From contig CAVPXM010000038.1 in the NCBI GenBank assembly GCA_963709405.1, forward strand, positions 1-64,000: 64,000 nt of DNA. The letters are read 5' to 3'. Of this stretch, positions 46,827-56,730 are shown in pieces (within the stretch, counting starts at the first letter, position 1; each line of letters starts with the position of its first letter). The notes under the pieces were generated by a model, which was given only the letters and a program-made list of their open reading frames with translations, did no database searches and was not told the origin of the DNA. The DNA comes from an uncultured Nitrososphaerales archaeon (lineage in GTDB: Archaea > Thermoproteota > Nitrososphaeria > Nitrososphaerales > Nitrososphaeraceae). The position numbers and the translations under genes are program-made.

Positions 46827-47888
46827 CTAATCTAGCGAGACACGTCTAATTAGGATATCATAGAGTTCTTTATCCACATCCTTCAATTTCTCCAAACTAA
46901 TTGGATAGTAGCCTTTGCTTGCACCCATGAGGCCTTCTCTTATCTTACTCTTGGGATTAAAGTTCAATCTTTCTAGTTCGTTGCATTTGTCCAACCAATC
47001 CTTGATAAATCCAAAGGACTCTTCTGATGACATGCCTCTTATTTTCAGCAAATATGGTGTAAGAATTCTCCAAATGCAATATTTCCTATGATCACATAGG
47101 CCAGTTTGAAGCAATGTTTCTATCCACGGAATACTGTTGTTATGATCAAAAATACCAACAACATCCTTGTGTTTCGCTTCTCTTTCTAGCCTTGTTACGT
47201 TTTCCCTGATCTTCTTAACTTCTCTGTCTACCAACCATATATTGAATTCATACAACAAGACATTGAACTTTGGTCTTTTACCATCCCATCTCTGGATTAT
47301 TTTTACCTCTGTTGAATAGTCAGCAATATTGTTATTTCTTACGGCACATTTAGTATTAAATGAGCCTGGAATTCGTATCATGCAAGATTTGAATGATGGA
47401 TTGTGAGATGGATCTGATTTGCAGTTAGTTAAATGTAATTCTGCAAATTTTAAAAATGCTTTAGACGGCTGATCAAACTTGCTGAATAATACCTCTTGTT
47501 CTAGTGGAAAGGCTTCAAGGGGCAAATATATATGATATCCATTACCAGACCATATAACTGTAGGATTCACACCAAATATCCGGTCAATTTTCTTTAGGAC
47601 TTTTTTCACGAATGTGGATAACTCCTCAATGCAATTGAAGGCCGACAGATCCAAATCTATGAATATGAAATTAGGCGCCTGTCTGTTGATATCCCTAAAT
47701 CCTGTATAATCCGGATAGGCATTTATTCTACAGTCCAAAAAATTAGCTTGTTTGAACATTTGAATTGCATCTTCTTTATTAAAAACTAGAACTTGTCTTC
47801 CTTCAGTTGCATTAGTCGATAAGGTTCTAGGCCATACCGGTTCTTGAAAATGGCTTATAATGAAATCTAAATCGTACGTATGTTCCAA
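46827..47888 (-). CDS. archaeo-eukaryotic primase with a PriX-like C-terminus
   Basis: IFIDLD, WSGNGYHIY, MIRIPGSFN; WIETLL...DHRK...RILTPYL. Confidence 0.8.
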   Translation of the reverse strand: MEHTYDLDFIISHFQEPVWPRTLSTNATEGRQVLVFNKEDAIQMFKQANFLDCRINAYPDYTGFRDINRQAPNFIFIDLDLSAFNCIEELSTFVKKVLKKIDRIFGVNPTVIWSGNGYHIYLPLEAFPLEQEVLFSKFDQPSKAFLKFAELHLTNCKSDPSHNPSFKSCMIRIPGSFNTKCAVRNNNIADYSTEVKIIQRWDGKRPKFNVLLYEFNIWLVDREVKKIRENVTRLEREAKHKDVVGIFDHNNSIPWIETLLQTGLCDHRKYCIWRILTPYLLKIRGMSSEESFGFIKDWLDKCNELERLNFNPKSKIREGLMGASKGYYPISLEKLKDVDKELYDILIRRVSLD

Positions 47889-47947
47889 GTTTCACACTCA
47901 TGTAATTAATTTGCACATATAATGACTTAAGATTTTTGGACTGGGCC

Positions 47948-47983
47948 GGATTATATCCCTTGTGGTTAAGGGGTTCAACTACT
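47948..47983 (+). repeat. 36-bp dispersed direct repeat, copy 1
   Basis: GGATTATATCCCTTGTGGTTAAGGGGTTCAACTACT; 34/36 identical to 51591-51626. Confidence 0.9.
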
Positions 47984-48197
47984 TTAGCATATAGGCATTA
48001 TTTAAACGGCAGAATAATGACTGAATAATGATCCACCGACATAGTAGAAGTTTGTGTAGTCATCCAAACTGTTGTGTACACACGTATCAGGTGGCTAGTT
48101 GGTCTGGGTTCGGTGGGATGCAGTACACTACTGCATGTAATACACTATTCTAAAACTACACCATCAGTAATGTCTCCAAAATAACCTTGTAAGAAAG

Positions 48198-49278
48198 CTA
48201 TTTGGAAAACATCATACTACTCTCTCTATCTCTATAATCTAATAATGTGAAGCTTATTTCCTTTCTGAAGATCTCAATTTGTTCTTCAAAATCGCTTATC
48301 GGCCAGAAATGTAAACGCATTACTCCAGCTTCATAAAGAACATTTATCTTTTGTATACACTCCTCAACAGACCCAAATAAAAGTAGATTTTCTAACTGTT
48401 CTGCAGGTCTGCCTAATGCTGGAGATAGCCTATCTTTTACCATCCTGTGAACTTTATCTTTATCGCTATTGATGTATCCAAACATTGACATAAGACAATT
48501 TTCAAATGATTCGCTATCTTTACCTAATCTTTTTCTGTATGACAAAAGCATATTCCATTTTTCTCTGAACTTGTCTGGTGTGATATTATATGCAGATGCC
48601 ATCCAACCATCACCATATTTTGCAGTTCTTTTTAGGCCTGCTTCTGATGATCCCCATGTGCCTACGAATATAGGAGGGTGAGGCTTTTGAAATGGCATTG
48701 GTGCAATAGATATTTTCTCTAATTGATAATATTTGCCGCTATAGTCTACGTATTGTGTAGTAGTAGCCTTTATGTCATTACCGTCATCATCATCATGCTC
48801 TCTCCTACTACTATTGTTCCAAAGTATATGCAAAATCTGCAATGCTTCATTAAATCTACTCCACCTATGCTCAAAAGGAATTCCACATGCATCATAATCT
48901 CCCTTATGTGAGCCAGGCCCAACTCCTGTCTGCAAATAGCCTTCCAGAAGATAGTATATCTATAGCTGATAAAGCCTTGGCACATATAACAGGGCTTCTT
49001 ACAACTATGTTTAGTATGGACGTGCCAAGTTTTATCCTATTGGTTACTGCTCGAGCTACTGACAATGTACTTAGCGCGTCCAACCAACTAGTTCTAGAGA
49101 CAATGTGATCGTTTACACTCAATGAATCATAGCCAAGAGACTCTGCCTTTCTTGCAATTGAAAGTATTTGTTCTCTTGTATGAAGCTTTTCATTTTCTTC
49201 ATTATTTTTATTATTACTATTACTGCTGCTATTAAATTCGATAACTGGTAAATGAACTCCAAATGCAAACTGTTTCAT
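48198..49278 (-). CDS. LLM-class (luciferase-like, F420/flavin-dependent) oxidoreductase, frameshifted
   Basis: AESLGYDSLSVNDH, IKLGTSI, LSSGR; PFQKPHPPIFVG, YGDGW. Confidence 0.85.
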
Positions 49279-49640
49279 TCATTACTCCAGGAACAAATAT
49301 ACAAATATATCATATAAACTAGTACATCGTATAGAGAGGCAGGGTTTGTCTCGAGGCTTTGTAGTTCGTATTCTGTGGGCTTGTATATGTATACATGTAG
49401 TGTATACGATATTGTTAGTGCGATGCATATAATTTTATTATTAGAGATAAGATTAGAATAATTTGATATGGTTCCATGAAATTATTGTTAAAGGAGAATT
49501 ATTGCCATTAGTATATAATCACTCAGGTATCTTCTAATTGTAGTCATTTTGATTCTCGTCTTAATCTATATTTATTTGATTATTGCTTGATTTTGTTGCT
49601 GCTGCCTAGAATGGATAATGATAATAATAATAATAATGGT

Positions 49641-49700
49641 ATGAAAATAGGATTAAGACTACCACAAACAGATGAACTTCGTGCTACAAAACAAAATATC
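49641..49700 (+). pseudogene. N-terminal stub of a second LLM-class oxidoreductase
   Basis: MKIGLRLPQTDELRATKQNI, then similarity is lost. Confidence 0.4.
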
Positions 49701-49849
49701 GAAGCAAAGCACTCTGAAGTGCAGATATTTTTATTGTATAATCTTATTGATACCAATTAGTAAATTGTGATTTGAGTATGGGAGCTATGGCAACTATATC
49801 AGTAAGTGAACTTATATAATTCTGAAGACCTTGCAGGGACTGAAATTTA

Positions 49850-50311
49850 TTATTTTTTCTTTTGTATTCTTTTTTGAATTTGACCTAACTGCTTTTGCAA
49901 TAGTTTGATTTTAGATTGCAGGTTTTTTATGACCCCTACCTGTTCCTTTGCGGATTTATTGTGTATTCGTAATGGTGGAGCATACGTAATACCTTGTCGA
50001 TTTGGCCAGTCTGCTTCTCTAGTTGTTTAGCTACATTAGCTGAAATTCTTTTTTTCTTGTTGACTACTTACAGAGGGTTTTATTTTAGATACCTTGGGTC
50101 TTTTTGGAGTTTTGATGGCCTTGGTCAATATCTCCTCTTGTTGTTCCTGTTCTACTATTTTCTTGGGGAGGACTTCGAACTCTTGTCCTTCGGCTACTTC
50201 CACATTTTCTTTTTCTTCATCCTGTTTCTCAATTTGTCCTTCTTCTTGTACTTCTATTGTTGCTTCTACATTGCCTCGAACTATCACTCTATTATCTTCT
50301 GCTTTCGACAT
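49850..50311 (-). pseudogene. charged low-complexity hypothetical protein, frameshifted
   Basis: ORF 50036..50311 is Glu/Lys-rich; a Lys-rich continuation lies in other frames. Confidence 0.4.
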
Positions 50312-50673
50312 AATGCTTAATCGTATTCGTTATAAATATCGATTTTGTATAACACCTGTTTGTCGACTAGTATGATATAGGGCCTATAGCGCAATTAGAC
50401 AATGAATATTGCCGGCATTTCATGCGTAATTTGGAATTGTGTGTGTATATTTACAATCCACGTTCCATGTAGTACAATTGCCTGGAAATATCGAGTCTTG
50501 TTTCAAAGTCCTTTGAGGGTAATTCTGTACTATCCACTTTGTTTGAGCTTCTTTTAATGAGGTATTTAGAAGCAATATTTCTACATGCAGTATATCTGCC
50601 ATTTTGTGTTATGATAAATCCAGCATAGAATATTTAATTAAAAGCTGCTGTATACTACGATGTTAATCTCTCA

Positions 50674-51168
50674 ATGGCAGCGCAACAACATTCGAAAACA
50701 GGCAAACATCCAAACGATTCCAGAGCTGAGATGACAATTATGATGCTGCCTTCAGATGCTAATCCAAAAGGCAATGTGTTTGGAGGTGTTATATTAAAAC
50801 ATGTAGATCTTATTGCGGGTTTATGCGCCCAAAGACATGCCGGTCGTGCCAATATCGTCACAGCAAGTATCGATAGAATGACTTTTTTAAAGCCTGTATT
50901 CATTGGTAATGCACTAATTCTTTCTGCAAGAGTAAATTATGTAAAAAGATCTTCTATGGAAGTTGAAGTTACTGTGGAAGCTGAAGATCTAGATGACAGT
51001 ATGAGAATTCGCACAGGAACAGCATTTGTTACCATGGTCGCTCTTGATAAATATGGAAAGCCTACAAAAGTTCCAGCACTGATATTGGAAAGAGATGATG
51101 ATAAAATACGATTTCAACAAGGTGAAGCAAGAATGATTTCCCGTCTAAAGGAAGCAGGCAGAATGTAA
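50674..51168 (+). CDS. acyl-CoA thioesterase (HotDog, YciA-like)
   Basis: DANPKGNVFGG...VTASID..FLKPV..G...SSMEVEV. Confidence 0.92.
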   Translation: MAAQQHSKTGKHPNDSRAEMTIMMLPSDANPKGNVFGGVILKHVDLIAGLCAQRHAGRANIVTASIDRMTFLKPVFIGNALILSARVNYVKRSSMEVEVTVEAEDLDDSMRIRTGTAFVTMVALDKYGKPTKVPALILERDDDKIRFQQGEARMISRLKEAGRM

Positions 51169-51590
51169 TTCAGATAGTTTTAGGCTGTTCTTTTCAATTC
51201 TATTTACAGTCTGGTAATAATAATATGCGAACGGAAAAGATTCTAACTACTGCCATGATTACTATTATGATTATTTCGCGCGTCAAATATTTCTTCAACA
51301 AACCTGCGATTTCATAATCAGATTAAAGCCTGCCACAGCACAAAACTAGAATCATCATAATATATGTGAGACTACTTCATATCGGCCTACTTTCGTTAAG
51401 CGGATAAGAATTCGAGCACTGCGATAAAATATACTAAGGATTCATATTTGCTTGAACACCTCCCTCATGAGAGAGGGTTCAATTCTCTATTTTACTGAAG
51501 CAGAATATCATTTAGATATGATGTGCAATTATACTGCTACGAAATAGTACTTGCAAATGTAGGCGACAATTTAGCTTACATAAGTGAGCG

Positions 51591-51626
51591 GGATTATATC
51601 CCTTGTGGTAAAAGGGTTCAACTACT
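51591..51626 (+). repeat. 36-bp dispersed direct repeat, copy 2
   Basis: GGATTATATCCCTTGTGGTAAAAGGGTTCAACTACT. Confidence 0.9.
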
Positions 51627-51968
51627 CTGTACACAGATGCCTTTTTGAAATAAGCGCGCAAAGACTGAAAATGTGGATAATTGATAACAAGAATGATAGT
51701 AGTAGTATATTAGCTTGGTCTAGTTAGGGTGAGTAAGTTATTGTTATTGTTATATCCTTGCTCCTTTTGTCACTCCTCTCTCTTAATGCTTTACTACAGT
51801 TACTTTAAACTCGAGATTGCGGCTAAATCATTATTCATGAATTCTCTTACAAGGTTAGAACGATCTTATTATGCTGTGGGTGGTAGTTCAACAAAATCTG
51901 GAATATTTGATTATCTATATGAACACAGACTTAGATACCTCATAATCGATCAAATTGAGAAGATTAGT

Positions 51969-53003
51969 TGTTGTACTTGCACAGATAGGTTACATTATTA
52001 GGTACCTACATGGGTTACACTTTGCTGCTTGTTCTTGTATGTATGGTGGATGTAATTAATCTTTGTAGAAACATCTCTGATGGAGTAAGACCATTTATTC
52101 CTCCATGTTCTCTAGTTTCATTATACGCTTTTACAAACATATCATACCTTTGTTTACCATCATCTGTGTTTGGTATATCCTCAACTGCTAGAAATTCATT
52201 CTTCACTATCTTGTTATATGCTTCCACTTTACCCTGAAGCTGCGGATAGCGATTTGGTATTTGTTTATCCTTTATCTGATTGTGTACGAGGAAATGTCTG
52301 AATATGTTAGATGTAAACTGCTTTCCATTGTCATGCATTACTCTATCAGGTTTGCCATTGATCACTATCCAATCCTCTAATACGTCCAGAACATCCACTG
52401 ACCTCTTTCTTTCAGACCACTTGCTAGCTACCTTCCTAGAGCAGTCGTCTAAGCAACTAATGATGTAATTCCTTTGATTGGAATTGCTCAGATAGAAAGG
52501 GCCAAGGATATCCATCTGTACCATATCATTTGGATGCTTCATAGCAAACCGTTTGTAGCTTCGTATTTTAGCTTTACATCTAAGGATGTTAAGACAATGT
52601 CTCTTTAATATCTTGTATATAGTTCGAGTGCTTAATGAGATTCCAACAACCTTTCTCAATCTAAACTTGATCCTATTACATCCAAATCTCTTGCTTAATC
52701 GTAGATCAAGTATTGTTTCCTCTACTTCTGCTGTTACTTTTTTGTACTTGATATTATGAGGTCTTCTTGAGGTATCTGATAGACCTTCCATCCCTTTCTG
52801 TTTGTATCTCTTATTCCACTTATAGTACGTCTTTCTGGATACACCATATTTTTTACAAATAATGCTTATGGTATCACCAGTCCATTCTTTTTCATGTATT
52901 AGACTAAACCTTGTTCTGATTTCTATATGGATTCACTTCCTGACAGCAGAAGTGTAACCCATGTCGGTAAGCTATAATGTCACCTATGTTAGAAAGTACA
53001 ACA
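51969..53003 (-). mobile_element. IS481-family element, copy 2
   Basis: IRs TGTTGTACTT...AAGTACAACA; ATTAGT at 51963-51968 and 53004-53009. Confidence 0.92.
52015..52926 (-). CDS. IS481 transposase, probable ATA start
   Basis: The frame is open upstream of ATG 52791 to ATA 52926 and includes the HTH YGVSRKTYYKW; DDE motifs as in copy 1. Confidence 0.88.
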   Translation of the reverse strand: MEIRTRFSLIHEKEWTGDTISIICKKYGVSRKTYYKWNKRYKQKGMEGLSDTSRRPHNIKYKKVTAEVEETILDLRLSKRFGCNRIKFRLRKVVGISLSTRTIYKILKRHCLNILRCKAKIRSYKRFAMKHPNDMVQMDILGPFYLSNSNQRNYIISCLDDCSRKVASKWSERKRSVDVLDVLEDWIVINGKPDRVMHDNGKQFTSNIFRHFLVHNQIKDKQIPNRYPQLQGKVEAYNKIVKNEFLAVEDIPNTDDGKQRYDMFVKAYNETREHGGINGLTPSEMFLQRLITSTIHTRTSSKV

Positions 53004-53145
53004 ATTAGTAAATGAGGCCAAACAAGTCCATTGAATTTAATGGAATCCCGTATCTTGTCAGAGCTAAAATACAGACAGCAAAGAATGACTCAACTAAAGA
53101 CATGGTTACTCTTCCTGTGAAGAAACAACGGTATCCTTGAATTTC

Positions 53146-54675
53146 TCAAAACACCTTTATTCCACCGAAGACTTCTTTCGTCTTTTCTGCTAATTGCTCT
53201 GTGGTTACACCTGCGTGTGTTTCCTTGGCGATGATAAAACCATCATCGTTTCTCAGCTCATTAGGTTTGCCGTCTTGATTCTTGAAAGTAGGCATAAATA
53301 CATCGCTAAACCATTTCGCGACATATGGTCTCAGACTGATTGCTGCCCTTTCCATAAGCTCAAGAGTCTCTTTTAAGTCTTCAAGAATCATGATAGGATA
53401 AGACTGACCGGTTTCTTTATCTAGTATCATAGGTCTAGTATCCATGTTTATCTTCGTAATGATTGTTAGATAGTTCATTAATCTCCCCTGAACGGTCATA
53501 CTCCAGACGTGGTTTTCAGAAACTGGAATAGACTCAGATATGGCTTCGTTTATGGGATTTGGGATCTTGATACCCGAGTCCTTTGGCTTTAGCTTTCTGC
53601 TATGTTGCTTGAGCTTCGCAATTATCACCTTAGTTATATGCTTGCATTTTTCCTTGTCCTCTCTGCTTACCACTAACGTATCGTATTCCTCCGGGAGGTA
53701 GCCGTACTTTAATCCAATTAATTTATTCGCCGCCTTTATTTTTTCGCTGCTTGTATTCGGTGTTATATTGATGAACCGTCTGTTCTTCTCGTCAAAACGC
53801 AATCCTCTAGTATCATCTATGACTCGTGTAGTGAATAACACTGGCATACCTCTCAATCTATTAATCCTCGTTCGCATTTGACCGGAAGCAGACTTCTCAA
53901 CAAAAGTATACTTTTGATCTCGCGGAGTGTCTCGTGATATCAGACTCATCAGTACGCTAAGTAGCGAGTCCTGAGGAGTATCGAGACATAAAATAATCTG
54001 GTTATCTAGATTTATTAACTTCTCTGCACGGTTTTTAATGTCTTTTATCTGTGCCTCAATTGCTTTGATTTCTTCCTTATCTTCCCTAGATAGTTTTTCT
54101 TTATTCTGAATTTCCTCAATTTGTAACTCTAGTTCACCAATTATCGGATCTATAGCACGAGTCTCCTCTTCGTCGGTTTTTTCGTTATATTCTGATATCA
54201 CCATAATACCAGACCTGTGGACTAGAGCCTTGTCAGACATACCAGCCAGTTCTATGATGTACTTACTGGGAAAGTATCCGGCTACAGTAACCAGTAGGTA
54301 TGTTTTACCTGCGCCCGAATCCCTCGAATTAATAGTGTGGGGGATCGGGCATTTCGTAAATGCGCTGCAATAACCATAAAATAGTTGCCTGATAGATACC
54401 TCGTCATATTCCGCTTCCTTCTTCATCGTAGAAATTACAAGGGCAATATCCTTTGTCGTTAGTCTTTCATTTGCAAGCTGCTCATCATAATTTTGTTCGT
54501 GCAATTGACTTGGTGTTCCTTTATCTGCTGACGATTGCGTTTCTTCTGGTGTCGAACAATTCTTTTCCTCGTGGGATTGATAGCTGTCTGAGCTGAGACC
54601 ACGTAGTAACTCGTCTGGATCTTTCTGCTCCTCTCCCAGTTCACGGTCTTCACTTTCGCCATTATTATCTATCAT
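53146..54675 (-). CDS. P-loop NTPase, putative replicative helicase, probably C-terminally truncated
   Basis: Walker A SGAGKT; coiled-coil insert; ILCLD (Walker B-like); NRRFI (arginine finger-like). Confidence 0.7.
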   Translation of the reverse strand: MIDNNGESEDRELGEEQKDPDELLRGLSSDSYQSHEEKNCSTPEETQSSADKGTPSQLHEQNYDEQLANERLTTKDIALVISTMKKEAEYDEVSIRQLFYGYCSAFTKCPIPHTINSRDSGAGKTYLLVTVAGYFPSKYIIELAGMSDKALVHRSGIMVISEYNEKTDEEETRAIDPIIGELELQIEEIQNKEKLSREDKEEIKAIEAQIKDIKNRAEKLINLDNQIILCLDTPQDSLLSVLMSLISRDTPRDQKYTFVEKSASGQMRTRINRLRGMPVLFTTRVIDDTRGLRFDEKNRRFINITPNTSSEKIKAANKLIGLKYGYLPEEYDTLVVSREDKEKCKHITKVIIAKLKQHSRKLKPKDSGIKIPNPINEAISESIPVSENHVWSMTVQGRLMNYLTIITKINMDTRPMILDKETGQSYPIMILEDLKETLELMERAAISLRPYVAKWFSDVFMPTFKNQDGKPNELRNDDGFIIAKETHAGVTTEQLAEKTKEVFGGIKVF

Positions 54676-54678
54676 GAC

Positions 54679-55113
54679 TCAAATAAACTCCCACCTTAAG
54701 GGCTCATTTCGGATATATTGATAAAAAGCCATTTTGCGCCGGGATCTAAAAATTCTAAACACGGCCTCAGTTACGATTCTATTGACGGATTCTATCGGTA
54801 GCGTGGCAAGCTCAGCCTTCAATCTCGCAGAGAAATCTTCCAGATGTAGATGAAATATTGGCTTGTATTTGGCATTTTTCCCTTCGAAGTTACCAATACT
54901 TCTTAGACCAGCATATTTGTCAGCCTGATAAAAATACCTATTAAGCTGCCTATAGCTATTTTTTGTCGCCTTTACTTCAACGGTCTTCTGGCACTCGCAC
55001 ATCTGCAAATATAGTTGATCTTCGATGAAGCTAGAGAGCCAGTGAACCTCTTTCGCATTAAATTTCCAATCAGCCAAAAAGGCCGGTGGGACAAATACCT
55101 TCTCTTCATTCAT
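54679..55113 (-). CDS. hypothetical protein
   Basis: 144 aa; 4-bp overlap with the upstream gene. Confidence 0.6.
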   Translation of the reverse strand: MNEEKVFVPPAFLADWKFNAKEVHWLSSFIEDQLYLQMCECQKTVEVKATKNSYRQLNRYFYQADKYAGLRSIGNFEGKNAKYKPIFHLHLEDFSARLKAELATLPIESVNRIVTEAVFRIFRSRRKMAFYQYIRNEPLRWEFI

Positions 55114-56054
55114 TTCCTTAGAGGCACGAACCGAACCCTTTCGTTTACAAGTCGCTGTATATCTCGGGAGCTGAACTCATTAAGTGAAGCCTTATGTATT
55201 TGTTTATCAAAATATTGATCCACTGAGCCAAGCACCAGCCTTCTTAATCTCTCGGGGTCTTTCTGCAAAGCATCAGTTTCGATTTGATATAGTCCGCCAT
55301 TTTCTTTAGCAAATGCATTCGCATTTGGATCACGTCTTAATTTCTCTAAAACTTGCGGATCAGGATTCTTCAGGTGGTCTAGACCAAAGTCCACAATCTG
55401 CGACTTTCTCAGTGCAGTTCTCTCAAAATGAATGCCATAACCTCGAAGTTTCTGTCCGAGATTGTAGGACATTCTGAGACCTGTCGGATCATAATCACCA
55501 AAATAAAGAACGTGGACGATCTTACCTTGTCGTTTCTTAGAAAGTAATCGCTGAATATTGTTGTATTCGTACGTGATACTCGACCACCCGCGATTAGGAA
55601 CAATACGGACTTGTCTATCTTTCAAGATTTCCTGGAATGTTCCAACAACTGCACCTTTTTCTATAAATACTTCGACATAATGACGCTGATCATACCATCT
55701 TGGTATAGTATGATGGTATGATCTGTGTAAGTGTCGCAGTTTACCCAGGAAATAGTTTATAAATTCAATTGGTTCCCAATATCTATCGTCAATTTCAATT
55801 ATGTGCCTGCTGTTATCGACAAAGGAGTCCATCGGAATTAGTTTCTTCTTTCTGGCGGTAGAAAGTGCCTTCACGAGACCCTTATATGCAGGTGTGGTAA
55901 GTGGTATGACCTGATCGGACCCGGCCCTATAAAATATCCCTCTTATCGTAGGCTTGAATCCGGTGTATTCGTTGTCTAGCAGATGCCTAACGTATGGTAT
56001 CACAAAGTCAACCCAGTCGATCACTTTTGTTGCAGCATTGCTGGCGGTGGTCAT
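55110..56054 (-). CDS. TOPRIM-domain protein (TopoVI-A/Spo11-like)
   Basis: TIRGIFYR; VEVFIEK; RGWSS; LYFGDYDPTGLRM; ETDAL. Confidence 0.8.
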   Translation of the reverse strand: MTTASNAATKVIDWVDFVIPYVRHLLDNEYTGFKPTIRGIFYRAGSDQVIPLTTPAYKGLVKALSTARKKKLIPMDSFVDNSRHIIEIDDRYWEPIEFINYFLGKLRHLHRSYHHTIPRWYDQRHYVEVFIEKGAVVGTFQEILKDRQVRIVPNRGWSSITYEYNNIQRLLSKKRQGKIVHVLYFGDYDPTGLRMSYNLGQKLRGYGIHFERTALRKSQIVDFGLDHLKNPDPQVLEKLRRDPNANAFAKENGGLYQIETDALQKDPERLRRLVLGSVDQYFDKQIHKASLNEFSSRDIQRLVNERVRFVPLRK

Positions 56055-56422
56055 GACCCAAGCGCCCCCTGTGCTAGAATTTTATTACCATTAATTTCTG
56101 AAGTCTCGTGATTTTTTGACTTTTGCAGTCTGCCTGTGAAATATTCGCTAACAATCGACTGCCTTATTTCGTTTCTAGTACTTGATAATACTTTGCCTGC
56201 GACTTTTTCAAATACGATGCCCTCAAGAAGCAAACCATTATCCTTGCAAATATAGAATTCCTTTACCTCGTTAGAGATGTCACCTACAAAACTCTCTACG
56301 GCAAAGCCTTTCCCGAACTTATGAATAGGAACTACAACGCTAAGGTTATTAGTTGGACTTTCTGTACTCTTCATCGTTCGTGCACTCCTTCTACGATTGA
56401 ACTGCTCCAACTGAACCTGCAA
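56051..56422 (-). CDS. hypothetical protein
   Basis: 123 aa; 4-bp overlap with the TOPRIM gene. Confidence 0.55.
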   Translation of the reverse strand: MQVQLEQFNRRRSARTMKSTESPTNNLSVVVPIHKFGKGFAVESFVGDISNEVKEFYICKDNGLLLEGIVFEKVAGKVLSSTRNEIRQSIVSEYFTGRLQKSKNHETSEINGNKILAQGALGS

Positions 56423-56477
56423 TCAGGGCGGCACCTTTGAATGCAAGTATCGGCAACTTTTACTCTTACAGTCAATT

Positions 56478-56666
56478 TTACGTGACCGATTCTTCCTGTG
56501 GCTGAAGTTTGTACTTCTTCAAAACAATTCCGTTTTCCATAGGTTGTTGAACGAAGAAAGTTAATTCATCAATGCCAAGGCGTCTCACGTGACTTGGATC
56601 CAGTGTCAGAACGACTGAAGTCCCCACGTAGTGGGCCTTTTTGATAGGATACGATTTTTCAGACAT
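56478..56666 (-). CDS. AbrB/SpoVT-like small DNA-binding protein
   Basis: MSEKSYPIKKAHYVGTSVVLTLDPSHVRRLGI...GIVLKK; likely ATG at 56666. Confidence 0.65.
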   Translation of the reverse strand: MSEKSYPIKKAHYVGTSVVLTLDPSHVRRLGIDELTFFVQQPMENGIVLKKYKLQPQEESVT

Positions 56667-56669
56667 GCT

Positions 56670-56722
56670 ATGTTGTATCAAACACAACATGTTATATTTA
56701 TATGTTGTATCATATACAACAT
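56670..56722. promoter_or_regulatory. putative bidirectional promoter with two 21-bp palindromic operators
   Basis: ATGTTGTATCAAACACAACAT (56670-56690) and ATGTTGTATCATATACAACAT (56702-56722) flank TTATATTTATA. Confidence 0.75.
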
Positions 56723-56730
56723 CTGCTGCA

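Larger units (their letters stand above)
51819..53110 (+). pseudogene. AAA+ (MCM-like) ATPase fragment interrupted by IS481 copy 2
   Basis: AKSLFM...STKSGIFDYL...YLIIDQIEK before the IS; LNLMES.ILSELK...LKTW after it. Confidence 0.6.

Noticed and set aside
47948-47983. tRNA gene or tRNA-derived att site (GGTTCAACT)
   Set aside because: There is no T-stem pairing or cloverleaf; kept only as a repeat.
49614-49638. AAT microsatellite
   Set aside because: Simple repeats like this occur often in this AT-rich sequence, and no functional link is evident.
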